A DNA stretch of 64,000 nt from an uncultured Gammaproteobacteria bacterium. Its GTDB lineage: Bacteria > Patescibacteriota > Patescibacteriia > UBA10025 > JAHIVO01. Shown here piece after piece: positions 1-10,042 of this stretch; position 1 is the stretch's first letter, and every line of letters begins with the position of its first letter. The notes below the pieces were generated by a model. It made no database searches. It was not told where the DNA came from and worked only from the letters and a program-made list of their open reading frames with translations. The stretch is taken from contig CAYPXF010000002.1 in assembly GCA_964415025.1 (NCBI GenBank), forward strand, positions 11,825-75,824. Direction: 5' to 3'. The translations under genes and the position numbers were made by a program.

Positions 1-229
1 GCTTAAATATTGATAACTGTTTTTGGCCGCTGGCGCGTAATGCGAACCTGGCCATTACTTTGCGCCGTAACCGGTTTTCGATCAATCCTTTTTTGATTCG
101 CTGTTCTTTATTCTGCTGTAATATTGATATATTAATCGCGGCGATAACGGGAAATTTCTTAGCAATGATGTATACAATCACGCCGAGGGCGAACACAATT
201 ATGATGATAGCAATATAATCTAATATCAT
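1..229 (-). CDS. N-terminally membrane-anchored hypothetical protein (runs off window start)
   Basis: Read manually: MILDYIAIIIIVFALGVIVYIIAKKFP...; ATG at 229 overlaps the upstream stop (ATGA); open to window edge. Confidence 0.7.
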   Translation of the reverse strand, partial: MILDYIAIIIIVFALGVIVYIIAKKFPVIAAINISILQQNKEQRIKKGLIENRLRRKVMARFALRASGQKQLSIFK

Positions 230-1020
230 AGCTGTTTAATCTCTTTTAGTGGCAGTTCATGGATATCCTTTTCAACCCGTACGGTAACTGTTTTTTTTAT
301 TACATTGCATGAAAGCACCCTGCCCGTACCGTGCTGTGTTTTGACCTGACTGTCCGGCGTGGGAAATTTCTTCATCGCCTCTTCATAAAACCCTGATTCA
401 AACGAGAGACAGCACATCAAACGGCCGCACGCCCCGGAAATACGATCACTGCCCCGGTTGTGTACCTGCTGTACGCGGGCCATGTCGGTGGTAATACTGC
501 CCATATCTTTGGCAAACCCGCAACACAGAGACCGCCCGCATGGTCCGATACCGCCGGACTGCTTGGTCTCATCACGAATACCGATCTGCTGCAGCCGTAT
601 TGACTTCTGAAATGTCCGCGCCATATCTTTCACCAGTTCCCGAAAATCAATCCTGCCGTCAGCTGTGAAAATAAATGTTAATTTACCGCCCTCATACGAA
701 AACACGCAATCAACAAGCTTCATGGATAACTGATACCTCTTTACCAGTGCCCGTGCTTTTTCTAATACCGTCACTTTTTTTACGCTGTTTTCTTCAGCTC
801 TGCGAATATCCTCATTCGTCGCCAGACGGATAACCTGCTGGCTAATACCCTGGACGTGTTGCGATTCTACCGCCGTCGATGAAGTGATTGTGCCCAGCTC
901 AATCCCCTGTTCAATCTTTGCTATCACTTGATCGCCTGGTTTGAGGGTTAGTTCTCCGGCGTCATAGTGATGGACCTGTCCCCACGGATTGAACTGAATT
1001 CCAACTACCCGTCGGTTCAT
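226..1020 (-). CDS. PSP1 C-terminal domain / YaaT (RicT) family protein
   Basis: FTADGRIDFRELVK, GGIGPCGRSLCC, ISGACGRLMCCL motifs. Confidence 0.9.
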   Translation of the reverse strand: MNRRVVGIQFNPWGQVHHYDAGELTLKPGDQVIAKIEQGIELGTITSSTAVESQHVQGISQQVIRLATNEDIRRAEENSVKKVTVLEKARALVKRYQLSMKLVDCVFSYEGGKLTFIFTADGRIDFRELVKDMARTFQKSIRLQQIGIRDETKQSGGIGPCGRSLCCGFAKDMGSITTDMARVQQVHNRGSDRISGACGRLMCCLSFESGFYEEAMKKFPTPDSQVKTQHGTGRVLSCNVIKKTVTVRVEKDIHELPLKEIKQL

Positions 1021-1604
1021 AGAGCGATGCGCTGGAATTCAGCAATTTTAATATTTTCTCCCAATTTGACCACATGTTCCTGGATCAGCTGCTCAATCGT
1101 TATGTCATCATTTTTAATAAATGGCTGTTTAACAAGGCATGCGTCTGCATAGTATTTCTCTAATTTGCCGGCAATAATTTTCTCCCATATGCTTTCTGGC
1201 TTGTCTTCCTGGCGCAGTTGTGTCTGGTATATTTCCTTTTCCTTGGCAATAATTTCCGTCGGGACCTCTGCTGGCGCCAGGTACTGCGGATCAGTCGCGG
1301 CGACCTGCATCGCAATATCATGGGCTAAATGCTGAAAATCATCTGTCTTGGCGACAAAGTCAGTTTCACAGGAAATCGCTGCCAACGATGCCACCTTACC
1401 GTTAGCATGGACGTACGAACCGATTGTCCCTTCGGCAGTAGTCCGGTCCTGTTTCTTGGCTGCTACTTTTTGTCCCTGCTTTTTGAGATAATCGATAGCT
1501 TGCTCATAATTACCGTCACTCTTTTCCAGCGCGGCCTTTGCGTCCATCAAGCCAACGCCTGTTTGTTCTCGTAATTTTTGAATCGTAGCCGTATCAATTG
1601 ACAT
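1017..1604 (-). CDS. tsf: Elongation factor Ts (short form)
   Basis: LREQTGVGLMDAKAAL, CETDFVAK; follows rpsB. Confidence 0.97.
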   Translation of the reverse strand: MSIDTATIQKLREQTGVGLMDAKAALEKSDGNYEQAIDYLKKQGQKVAAKKQDRTTAEGTIGSYVHANGKVASLAAISCETDFVAKTDDFQHLAHDIAMQVAATDPQYLAPAEVPTEIIAKEKEIYQTQLRQEDKPESIWEKIIAGKLEKYYADACLVKQPFIKNDDITIEQLIQEHVVKLGENIKIAEFQRIAL

Positions 1605-1605
1605 A

Positions 1606-2358
1606 TTATGCTTCCTGTTTAGTTTGTTCGTCGGCGGTTTCTTTTTTTTCCGCTGCCTGTGGCGCTGCCTTTTGCTGCTGGTGCTGCCCCTCCCTGACCG
1701 CCGCTGCTAAATAACTCGCCAAAAACTCAATCGCTTTAGTTGCGTCGTCATTCGCCGGTATAGGATACTCAACCAAGGTCGGGTTCGTATTCGTGTCAGT
1801 GATTGCCACGACTGGTATGTTTGTTTTATGGGCCTCACGCAGGGCTGTTTTTTCTTTTTTAATATCAATAATCACGATCGCGTTAGGTTTTTTATCCATG
1901 TCTTGGATCCCCCCAATAGCCGTTTCCAAATTGCTGATTTCTTCATCGAATTTTAGTTGTTCCAGCTTGGTATATTTTTCCAGTTCACCGCTCTCGCGCT
2001 TACTCCGCAGATCTTTTAGCCGTTGGGCTAGTTTATGGATATTTTCAAAATTCGTCAGCGTACCGCCGATCCAGCGTTCAGTCACAAATGGCATACCGAC
2101 TGATTCGGCTTCTTTTTTCACGATTCCCTGCGCCTGCCGTTTGGTCGAAACAAACAGCACCGTGCCGCCCTTGGCTACGGTTTGCTTGAGAAAATCGGCT
2201 GCCTCGGTAAGCTTGGCAGCGGTCTTTTCCAGGTCAATGATATGAATACCGGAGCGCATAGCATAAATATACTGTTCCATCTTCGGATGCCAGCGCTTTT
2301 TTTGATGCCCAAAGTGTATACCACTTTTGAGCATCTCCATGAGAGATAATTCCTGCAT
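1606..2358 (-). CDS. rpsB: 30S ribosomal protein S2
   Basis: GIHFGHQ..RWHPKM, RWIGGTLTNF, YPIPANDD. Confidence 0.98.
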   Translation of the reverse strand: MQELSLMEMLKSGIHFGHQKKRWHPKMEQYIYAMRSGIHIIDLEKTAAKLTEAADFLKQTVAKGGTVLFVSTKRQAQGIVKKEAESVGMPFVTERWIGGTLTNFENIHKLAQRLKDLRSKRESGELEKYTKLEQLKFDEEISNLETAIGGIQDMDKKPNAIVIIDIKKEKTALREAHKTNIPVVAITDTNTNPTLVEYPIPANDDATKAIEFLASYLAAAVREGQHQQQKAAPQAAEKKETADEQTKQEA

Positions 2359-2377
2359 ATTGTTATTCCTTTGGTTA

Positions 2378-2465
2378 CCGCTGTTTTCATCATTCTGAAG
2401 TGCTAACCTTTGTTTTTTCAGTAAAACAAAGGCAAGGGTGCGCTTCAGTCAGAAAACATGGGGGA
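2378..2465 (-). promoter_or_regulatory. Structured rpsB 5' leader (probable S2 autoregulatory hairpin)
   Basis: Nested pairings TGTTTTC/GAAAACA, CTGAAG/CTTCAG, CCTTTGTTTT/AAAACAAAGG directly upstream of rpsB. Confidence 0.55.
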
Positions 2466-2581
2466 TTAATTAATAATCGTATAATAACAAAACTAGCTAC
2501 AATAAGTCAAGTTGTCGCAAGCCTTGCCAAATTTTCAGCCGTTTGATAGACTAAACGTTACTATCATTTACTATTACTGTC

Positions 2582-2866
2582 ATGAAAAAAGAAATTCATC
2601 CAGCATTCCATACTGATGCTAAGGTGACCTGCGCCTGCGGCAATAGTTTTGTCACCGGCTCAACCGCCAAATCCATCAATGTTGAAATATGTTCCATGTG
2701 CCATCCATTTTTCACTGGCAAGCAAAAACTGGTTGATGACCGTGGCCGCGTCGAACGGTTTAAGCGCCTGATGGAGAAGCGATCGCAGATGAGCGCTGGC
2801 CAGGATAAGAAAGCCAAGCAGGCAGCCCGGACGAAGAACAAGCAAGGCAAGCAGCAGGAACAATAA
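2582..2866 (+). CDS. rpmE: 50S ribosomal protein L31 (Zn-binding type)
   Basis: [25 protein letters not shown]. Confidence 0.97.
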   Translation: MKKEIHPAFHTDAKVTCACGNSFVTGSTAKSINVEICSMCHPFFTGKQKLVDDRGRVERFKRLMEKRSQMSAGQDKKAKQAARTKNKQGKQQEQ

Positions 2867-2917
2867 CACTTTTATTAATACGGCCTGTCTAGTATAATAC
2901 AGTCAGGCTTTTTGTTT

Positions 2918-3964
2918 ATGTCAAAAGATATTACCCACATCCAATCACGGTATGATGAATTAGAGCAGCAGCTGCAGTCTCCGGAGGTTATTAATGATGC
3001 CAAAAAACTAGAACAGGTCTCTAAGGAATATAATGAATGTAGCGGAATTATTCAGCAACACCAGGAGCTCCGGCGTATTGAGCAGGCCATCGCCGACGCT
3101 GAACAGGCACTGGCCGAGCAGGATGCAGAGCTCCGCGCCATGGCTGAACAGGAGCTTCCCGGACTGCAGCAAAAAGCCGCTGTTTTGCGTGATCAGATAG
3201 AAGAATTGATCAGCCCGGCTGATCCGCTTGACGCCCGTGATATTATCATCGAAATCAGAGCTGGCACCGGGGGGGAGGAGGCGGCGCTGTTTGCCGCTAA
3301 TTTGTTCCGTATGTACCAGCGTTATGCCGAACGTCTGGAGTGGAAAACAAACCTTATTTCACGGAGCCGAACCGGCATTGGCGGGTTTAAGGAAATTATT
3401 TTCGAAATCAAGGGCACCAGGGTTTACAGCAATCTCAAATATGAGAGCGGCGTACATCGAGTGCAGCGTGTGCCAGAAACAGAAAAAAGCGGCCGTATCC
3501 ATACCTCTGCCGCGACTGTAGCGGTGCTGGCCGAGGCAGAGGAAGTTGACCTGAAAATCAAACCAGAAGACCTGGACATCCAAATAACCACCTCATCTGG
3601 CCACGGCGGCCAATCGGTCAATACCACCTATTCAGCCGTACGTATCGTGCATAAACCAACCGGTCTTGTCGTCATTTGCCAGGATGAACGCTCCCAGCGG
3701 CAAAACAAGGAAAAGGCGCTCCAGGTATTGCGCTCTCGCCTGCTGGCAGAAGAGGAAGAAAAGCGGAACAAAGAACGCGCCGCCGAGCGCAAAAGCCAGG
3801 TCGGCAGCGGCGACCGATCAGAAAAAATCCGTACGTATAATTTTCCCCAGGACCGCGTGACTGACCACCGTATCAAAAAAAGCTATCATAACCTGGACCA
3901 GATTTTGGACGGAGATATTGACACCTTGATCAACGATCTGAAAACAGCTGACAAACAAACATAA
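2918..3964 (+). CDS. prfA: Peptide chain release factor 1
   Basis: GGQ motif ([10 protein letters not shown]), PET in [19 protein letters not shown]. Confidence 0.97.
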   Translation: MSKDITHIQSRYDELEQQLQSPEVINDAKKLEQVSKEYNECSGIIQQHQELRRIEQAIADAEQALAEQDAELRAMAEQELPGLQQKAAVLRDQIEELISPADPLDARDIIIEIRAGTGGEEAALFAANLFRMYQRYAERLEWKTNLISRSRTGIGGFKEIIFEIKGTRVYSNLKYESGVHRVQRVPETEKSGRIHTSAATVAVLAEAEEVDLKIKPEDLDIQITTSSGHGGQSVNTTYSAVRIVHKPTGLVVICQDERSQRQNKEKALQVLRSRLLAEEEEKRNKERAAERKSQVGSGDRSEKIRTYNFPQDRVTDHRIKKSYHNLDQILDGDIDTLINDLKTADKQT

Positions 3965-4824
3965 TGACCATACAGCAAACACTTTATACGGCTGTTAATA
4001 AATTGCGGAAAAAAGGTATTAATTCGGCCCATCTGGATGCTGAAGTACTCTTGGCATTTGTTATGAAAAAACCAAAAACATATCTACTGGCCCACCCTGA
4101 TAAAAAAATGACGACAGGCCAACGGCGGCGTTTTGCGGCGCTTATCCGCAAACGGCTCAATGGTATGCCAATCGCCTATATGACTGGAACCAAGGAGTTT
4201 TACGGACTGGAATTCCATGTTGATAAACACGTCCTCATACCCCGTCCTGATACGGAAATACTGATCGAACAGGCAATCAAGGCGGCTCGCGATATGACCA
4301 AAAAACACGCCGATGCGCATACGTTTGTTTTGACAGATATTGGCACCGGTTCTGGTTGCATCGCGGTAACACTGGCTAAATATTTACCAGGATATAAAAT
4401 CATAGCCACTGATATATCAGCACCGGCGCTAAAAGTAGCGAGACAAAATGCCCGCACACATAAAGTCGCCAGCCGCATCACGTTTAAGCAGGGAGACTTG
4501 CTCAAACCATTACAGCGCAATAAGACAAATCCTTTTATCCACATACTGACCGCTAACCTCCCCTACCTGACGAGGGACGAACTCGAGAACGTACCGCACG
4601 AACCGGCCAAAGCGCTCGACGGCGGTAAAATGGGACTGCAATTAATTGAGCGACTGCTTGCCACATTGCCACAAGTACTCATGCCGCAGGGCATGGCATT
4701 ATTAGAAATTGCCCCTACCCAGACAGATGCGGTGCGCTACCTCACTGAACAGCACTTGCCCGAACGGTCAGTGTTTTTTATTAAGGATCTGGGCCGGCGG
4801 GATCGGATTGCGAAAATTATTTAA
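3964..4824 (+). CDS. prmC: Release factor glutamine methyltransferase
   Basis: VLIPRPDTE, DIGTGSGCIA, NLPY; follows prfA. Confidence 0.95.
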   Translation: MTIQQTLYTAVNKLRKKGINSAHLDAEVLLAFVMKKPKTYLLAHPDKKMTTGQRRRFAALIRKRLNGMPIAYMTGTKEFYGLEFHVDKHVLIPRPDTEILIEQAIKAARDMTKKHADAHTFVLTDIGTGSGCIAVTLAKYLPGYKIIATDISAPALKVARQNARTHKVASRITFKQGDLLKPLQRNKTNPFIHILTANLPYLTRDELENVPHEPAKALDGGKMGLQLIERLLATLPQVLMPQGMALLEIAPTQTDAVRYLTEQHLPERSVFFIKDLGRRDRIAKII

Positions 4825-4938
4825 ACAACCCTTTGACCGAGCACGCTTGTACCCGATGCTGGTTTTTGCTATACTGTATCCGCCTTTAAAAACAGGCATT
4901 ATTGCTCATTCTAATTGGTTACCGAGGAGGTGATATCC

Positions 4939-5502
4939 ATGGGTAACCTACGTACTTTTCATGACTTCGTATGTCAGGTTATTGATCACAACACCAAGCG
5001 GCCGAATGGCCATATTGGTGAATGGTTGCTACTGCGGCCCATGCCGAATTTTCGGTTGGTCCCCGCTCTGCCGCTCTGGCTCTGTTTTGTAACGATTGAA
5101 CGTCGAGACAAGAAGCGATTGACAGGTCTCTTGTCGATGATGGAGCTGCGAGATACTATTCTGCAGTTGCATGTCCGTACCTTGCATCAAACACATATTA
5201 TCGAAATCCCACTTATCGAAATTCACACTATCGCAATCACGAACAGAAGAGAGCTGCACATTGCTGTAGATACAATGCTGCCAAAAACAAAAGGAGAAAT
5301 ACGTGAAAGTACTTTCCCATCCGCTATACCGAGCATTCGGTGTCAACCTGACCACCTAAAGCCGCCACGACAAAAACAATCATATGATTGCATACGAGTG
5401 GTGGCTTTTTCTTATTTATATAGGACGTCCTGCGTCTTGGTCAGAATATGCACCCAGGTAGTGCCACGATTGAGCGCAATTTCTTTGCCGTCAGAATCAT
5501 AA
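4939..5502 (+). CDS. Orphan hypothetical protein with own promoter and strong SD; 3' end uncertain
   Basis: TTGTAC-17-TATACT promoter, SD GAGGAGGTGA; the ORF reads through a hairpin and overlaps the convergent gene, so the true end may be near 5358. Confidence 0.5.
   Translation: MGNLRTFHDFVCQVIDHNTKRPNGHIGEWLLLRPMPNFRLVPALPLWLCFVTIERRDKKRLTGLLSMMELRDTILQLHVRTLHQTHIIEIPLIEIHTIAITNRRELHIAVDTMLPKTKGEIRESTFPSAIPSIRCQPDHLKPPRQKQSYDCIRVVAFSYLYRTSCVLVRICTQVVPRLSAISLPSES
5358..5410. terminator. Probable bidirectional intrinsic terminator
   Basis: AAAGCCGCCAC...GTGGTGGCTTTTT between convergent genes. Confidence 0.6.
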
Positions 5503-6572
5503 AAGCGCGTCCGGTCAGTACGGCTGTTTTTTTGCCAGGTAGCCTGGATAGCCATACCGTCACGAAACACCCAGGCGTCACCGATTCCTCCTACATAAAT
5601 ATCCAGCCGGCCCTTGCCTCCCTCATATACCGGAGCCTCGGTCAGCTGGACGATCACGTTTTTCACGCTGATTTGATTACCGGTACGCGCGTCCACATGC
5701 GGCTCACCCGCGTTAAAACGTGCATAGTGGTTCTGTTGGCGGTCATATATGTAGTTAACGCGATACGTGGATCCGCCGGAAAAATTAAATTCTACCTCAC
5801 GGCCGTTCTCACCCCGATCAGCTAGCGCTGCTTCGTCCTTAAACGTCCACGTGTCAATAACTGCCGGAACATCGAGCAGCTCATGATCACGCAGAGCATA
5901 GTTTATTTTTTCCGACGATGTCACCAGGTTATGCGGTGCGTACTTCGAGGTGTCCCGCCAAAAATACTTGGCGTCACTGGATAAAGCTTCCAGGTCCTTG
6001 ATGCTGTTTTCCCGGATAACAGTCAATGCCTTTGGACTGCCACCGGCGTGGGCGTAGAGCGCATCGTATTCAGACACCCATTCCAGATAGTACGGCCGGG
6101 CTGACCTGACCGGCATAATTTGTTCAATCTCCACCGATGGATCAAACACTGCCATAAATCTCGTCGCGCCGCCCTCAACGAGCGCTTCGTAGACCACGCT
6201 GGCAGAACTCAAACCGCTCTGTGGCCTGACAGACCGCAGATTTTCGATCATAATCGCATAGGGCCACAGCGCCGCCTTATCAGCAGCGTCCACGCGTATA
6301 CCGTCTAAAACGCGCGTATACTGATCAGATCCCGTGTCCTCCCGTGACGTTGTCGCGCTGGTACCGCCGGTAGTAATGCGTTCGTACGTACCGGCCATAT
6401 GTTGCCATTGCTGCTGCCACTGGCAACCGGTGATAAGCCAGGTAACAATCATCGCCCCGATAAAAAATAAAACAATCCATAGCGCGCCATGGGGCTGTTG
6501 TGCCTGCTGCCATACTGTCGTGGGTTTTGTACGCTGTTTGGCTGCCGGTTCTTTATTAGTGTTTTGTGCCAC
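5412..6572 (-). CDS. DUF3048 (YerB-like) membrane-anchored protein
   Basis: AIMIEN..RPQSGL..A.VVYEALVEGGATRFMA, PVRSARPY, APHNL. Confidence 0.9.
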   Translation of the reverse strand: MAQNTNKEPAAKQRTKPTTVWQQAQQPHGALWIVLFFIGAMIVTWLITGCQWQQQWQHMAGTYERITTGGTSATTSREDTGSDQYTRVLDGIRVDAADKAALWPYAIMIENLRSVRPQSGLSSASVVYEALVEGGATRFMAVFDPSVEIEQIMPVRSARPYYLEWVSEYDALYAHAGGSPKALTVIRENSIKDLEALSSDAKYFWRDTSKYAPHNLVTSSEKINYALRDHELLDVPAVIDTWTFKDEAALADRGENGREVEFNFSGGSTYRVNYIYDRQQNHYARFNAGEPHVDARTGNQISVKNVIVQLTEAPVYEGGKGRLDIYVGGIGDAWVFRDGMAIQATWQKNSRTDRTRFYDSDGKEIALNRGTTWVHILTKTQDVLYK

Positions 6573-6583
6573 GATTGAGAGTA

Positions 6584-7660
6584 TTAGAGATATTCGATCG
6601 TGCGATCAGTCGGTACTACCTCTACCCAGATCGTGCCTGCTGTTAAGGTCACCTCCCGGCCGTCAGCATCATAAAAAAACGTACGCTCGCCTGTTGCTTC
6701 CTTTTCCCACGTACCGTTGATAACACTGCCGTCACGGAAAATCATGGCCTCTCCAGTGCCTACTGTTGACATGGCTAATCTGGATTCGTCAGCCAGCGTT
6801 GTTTTCACTTTTTGCACGATAACATTTTTAGCGGTAATAACAGTACCGTCTTTATCAGAATGCTCCTCACCTGCCTGGTACCGGATATATTCATTTTCTT
6901 GGCGGTTGTATTTGTACTCGACCCGGTAATTAAATGAGGAATAATCAATACTAATGCTTTTTTCCTCGGTTGGCCGTTTGGCAAGCGGGGCATCGTCCTG
7001 GAATTTCCAGCCCTGGTATATCCCTTCTTCGGGGGCTTCTTTATCACGCAAGGCGTAGGCGGCCAGCTCGCCGGAAGTGTATAGATTATGGGGAGCGTTC
7101 CGCTCGCTGTCCCGCCAAAAATACTGTGAATTATAAAATTGGTTCAGGTCAAACACATCATACGTCTGAATGTCTTGTAATGACTGCGGACTGCCGCCAG
7201 CGTGGAAATAGAGCGCGCCGTACTCCAGTGCCCAGTCCACAAAATACGGACGGGCCGAACGGACGGGGCCAATTTCTGGGATGTTATTTCGCTCCCCGGC
7301 ATATATTGCCATGAATCGGGTAATGCCGCCTTCGGCCAAAGCTTCGTATACGACCTGCGCTTTTGATAGGCCAGACGGTGGGCGTGAGGTTACCAAGTTT
7401 TCTATCATAATCGCGACCGGATAGAGATTGGCGTTATCCGGACTGGCCTTGACGCCATCTATGGTCCGGCGCGCTGTCTTGTCGCCGGTTTTGTTAGTCA
7501 GCGTGGTTGTAATATCACTGTCCCAATCCAGAGCAAACAGCACAAACCCGAGCGCACCGGCGATGACCACGGCAGCAACAATACCGATGATCAGCCATTT
7601 TTTATTGCTGCGTTTTCCCCACACAATGTCCTTGTGCTTTTCATTTTTTTGTCCGGCCAT
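6584..7660 (-). CDS. DUF3048 (YerB-like) membrane-anchored protein, tandem paralog
   Basis: Same motifs (AIMIEN, YEALAEGGITRF, GPVRSARPY, APHNLY); N-terminal TM. Confidence 0.9.
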   Translation of the reverse strand: MAGQKNEKHKDIVWGKRSNKKWLIIGIVAAVVIAGALGFVLFALDWDSDITTTLTNKTGDKTARRTIDGVKASPDNANLYPVAIMIENLVTSRPPSGLSKAQVVYEALAEGGITRFMAIYAGERNNIPEIGPVRSARPYFVDWALEYGALYFHAGGSPQSLQDIQTYDVFDLNQFYNSQYFWRDSERNAPHNLYTSGELAAYALRDKEAPEEGIYQGWKFQDDAPLAKRPTEEKSISIDYSSFNYRVEYKYNRQENEYIRYQAGEEHSDKDGTVITAKNVIVQKVKTTLADESRLAMSTVGTGEAMIFRDGSVINGTWEKEATGERTFFYDADGREVTLTAGTIWVEVVPTDRTIEYL

Positions 7661-7690
7661 ATATATTCCTCCTTAGAAATAAATTGTTTT

Positions 7691-8428
7691 TTATTTCTTG
7701 TCCTGCTTATCCGCTTGCTTTTTCTCGTCTGCCTCTTTTGTTTCCTGGCCGCCTTCAGCTACTTCACCTTCTTTCTCCTCCTTCTCATCGTCGCCAACTT
7801 TTTCTACTACGCCGACTTCTTCTTCCGGCTTTTCTTCCAGTGCTTCAAGTTCAGCTTCAGTCCGCGGCGGCTGCACCTTTGCCACGACAACGCCGTCTTC
7901 TTCATCAAGCGTGACGCCCGACGGCAGGGTAATATTTTTCATCCTGATAACATCATCAAAAGTCTGAAGCGGTGAAATATCAACATCGATCTCTTTAACT
8001 AAATCCTGCGGCAAACACTCGATACGGAATGTATCGAAGTTTTTTACCAGTACACCGCCCTGTTCTTTAACCGCCGGCGAGATACCGATATAGTTTGCGT
8101 GTGCTTCTGCTGTAATTTTCTTATGCATGTCTATGGTACGTAAATCAGCATGGATAAACCGGTCCGACACGGGATCACGCTGCACTTCCTGGATCAGTAC
8201 TTTTTTTTCAGGCTGTCCGTCGATGCGCAGATCTACCAAACTACTCGAACCATAGTCCCTATAAACTGTTTCGAATTCTCGGTAATCTACCTTAAGCTTT
8301 AGATTTTCCTGCTTATCTCCATATATTACCACCGGTAAAACGCCCTGCTGGCGCAGTTGGTTGAGCTGCTTGCCGGTTTGCTCGCGTACCGTGGCGCTTA
8401 ATGTCGCCTTTTCATCTGTCGAATTCAT
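7691..8428 (-). CDS. rplY: 50S ribosomal protein L25/Ctc
   Basis: LRQQGVLPVVIYG, VQRDPV, SPAVKEQGG, acidic tail. Confidence 0.95.
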   Translation of the reverse strand: MNSTDEKATLSATVREQTGKQLNQLRQQGVLPVVIYGDKQENLKLKVDYREFETVYRDYGSSSLVDLRIDGQPEKKVLIQEVQRDPVSDRFIHADLRTIDMHKKITAEAHANYIGISPAVKEQGGVLVKNFDTFRIECLPQDLVKEIDVDISPLQTFDDVIRMKNITLPSGVTLDEEDGVVVAKVQPPRTEAELEALEEKPEEEVGVVEKVGDDEKEEKEGEVAEGGQETKEADEKKQADKQDKK

Positions 8429-8519
8429 ATTGCATTATGCTTTAGATATAAAAATAATTCTACCCTCACCAGAAATTTGTACCCATTAGTATAATAAAGC
8501 CGCGTCTACTTGGCAAGGC

Positions 8520-8840
8520 CTATATTTGGCCGTTGCCTAAACAGGCATGCACTCCCAGCACCTCATCTGCCGAAATCGGCTTCGTATCTGCCATACGGCT
8601 GACATCAGCCTCTGTACAGTCAGTCAGCAGTCCGACAGAGCTTATTCCTCTTTCCTCTGAAAAAAGCAACACTACCAGGGCGCTGGCGCAAAAATTACAG
8701 GTAATATGCAGCAGCTGCGCGGGTCCAGCACTGTTAATAACCGCTGCTTCGCGTGGCGAAAACGACCGCTTACAGAGCGGACAGTAGGAAATGAGTTGCT
8801 CCTGATTTTCGATAAATTGCTTTTTGTTTTGGTTTTTCAT
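8520..8840 (-). CDS. Zn-ribbon hypothetical protein
   Basis: CPLC...HITCNFC, C-terminal PISADEVL. Confidence 0.7.
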   Translation of the reverse strand: MKNQNKKQFIENQEQLISYCPLCKRSFSPREAAVINSAGPAQLLHITCNFCASALVVLLFSEERGISSVGLLTDCTEADVSRMADTKPISADEVLGVHACLGNGQI

Positions 8841-8899
8841 ATAGTAAGGTAATAAAAGTGGTAATACGGCAATATTATATCATGAAATTCCGACCTGTG

Positions 8900-10012
8900 T
8901 CAATGCGAACGTTTATAATGTCGTATATGGATACTTTCGGCTATGCTAATAATTATGCACGTTGCTATCAATGAGCTACCGCCATAGCTAACTAAAGGCA
9001 GCGGCACTCCCGCAATGGGCAAAAGGCCGATATTCATGCCAATATTGAGTGTCGTTTGCGCTACTAAATACAGAATCATACCGGATATCAAAAACCTGGC
9101 AAAATCATCATGGGCCATGCGGGCAATCCTCACTAAACGGTATATTACTACGGTAAAAAGCGTTATTAATAAAAGCGCCCCGATAAGCCCTAGTTCCTCG
9201 GCAATAACTGCAAAAATAAAGTCAGTCTCCTGGGCCGGCAGAAAATTGAGACGGCTCTGCGGTCCGAGACCCAGCCCCCGACCAAACACATTGCCCGACC
9301 CCACCGCAATAATCGACTGTTTTATATTGTATCCACTTCCCCACGGGTCACGCGACGGATCAATAAACGTCATGATACGATCGATTTGGTATTCCTGCAG
9401 CACAAAAAACCAACTAAACACGGATAAAGCAATGATAATGAGAAGGATCGCGATAATATATGATGACCGAATTTTGGCGATGAAGAGTAATCCCAGAAAA
9501 ATGCAGGCTAAAATTATGGCCGAGCCAAAATCCGGTTGCAGTAACACCAGAGCGATCAATGCGCCGCCTACCAGGAAGTATATGCCGAGCTGACGGACCT
9601 CGTGAATAACCGCACGCCACCTCGCCAGCAAAGCGCTCATCATTATAATCATTATAATTTTCACTAATTCGACCGGCTGAAAACCCTGGTTGCCGAACAG
9701 CAGAATCCATCCCTTAGTGCCACGCACGGTCGTGCCAAATACCAGCACCGCCACGAGCAATATAACACCGATCGCGTAGATAATCGTGCTGTAGTTCCGT
9801 AAATAACGATAATCAAGAACCATAAAAAAAAGCAGCAACACAATACCAATACAGAAAAATATTAGTTGTTTTTTAAAATTCGCAAAATCAGCGTTATCTA
9901 CGCCGTCGTCAATACTGTACAGCGCCATCAGTCCCATAGCTACTAAAAAAAAGGTTGCTGCCAGCAGCACCCAGTCTGATGTCCGTATATATGCAATAAT
10001 ACGCTGTATCAT
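8900..10012 (-). CDS. rodA: SEDS peptidoglycan glycosyltransferase RodA
   Basis: FQPVELVK, QPDFGSA, QSIIAVGSG, TDFIFAVIAEELG, LPLVSYGGSS. Confidence 0.92.
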   Translation of the reverse strand: MIQRIIAYIRTSDWVLLAATFFLVAMGLMALYSIDDGVDNADFANFKKQLIFFCIGIVLLLFFMVLDYRYLRNYSTIIYAIGVILLVAVLVFGTTVRGTKGWILLFGNQGFQPVELVKIIMIIMMSALLARWRAVIHEVRQLGIYFLVGGALIALVLLQPDFGSAIILACIFLGLLFIAKIRSSYIIAILLIIIALSVFSWFFVLQEYQIDRIMTFIDPSRDPWGSGYNIKQSIIAVGSGNVFGRGLGLGPQSRLNFLPAQETDFIFAVIAEELGLIGALLLITLFTVVIYRLVRIARMAHDDFARFLISGMILYLVAQTTLNIGMNIGLLPIAGVPLPLVSYGGSSLIATCIIISIAESIHIRHYKRSH

Positions 10013-10042
10013 ATGGCGCCTAACTATTTCCCCGACACATGG

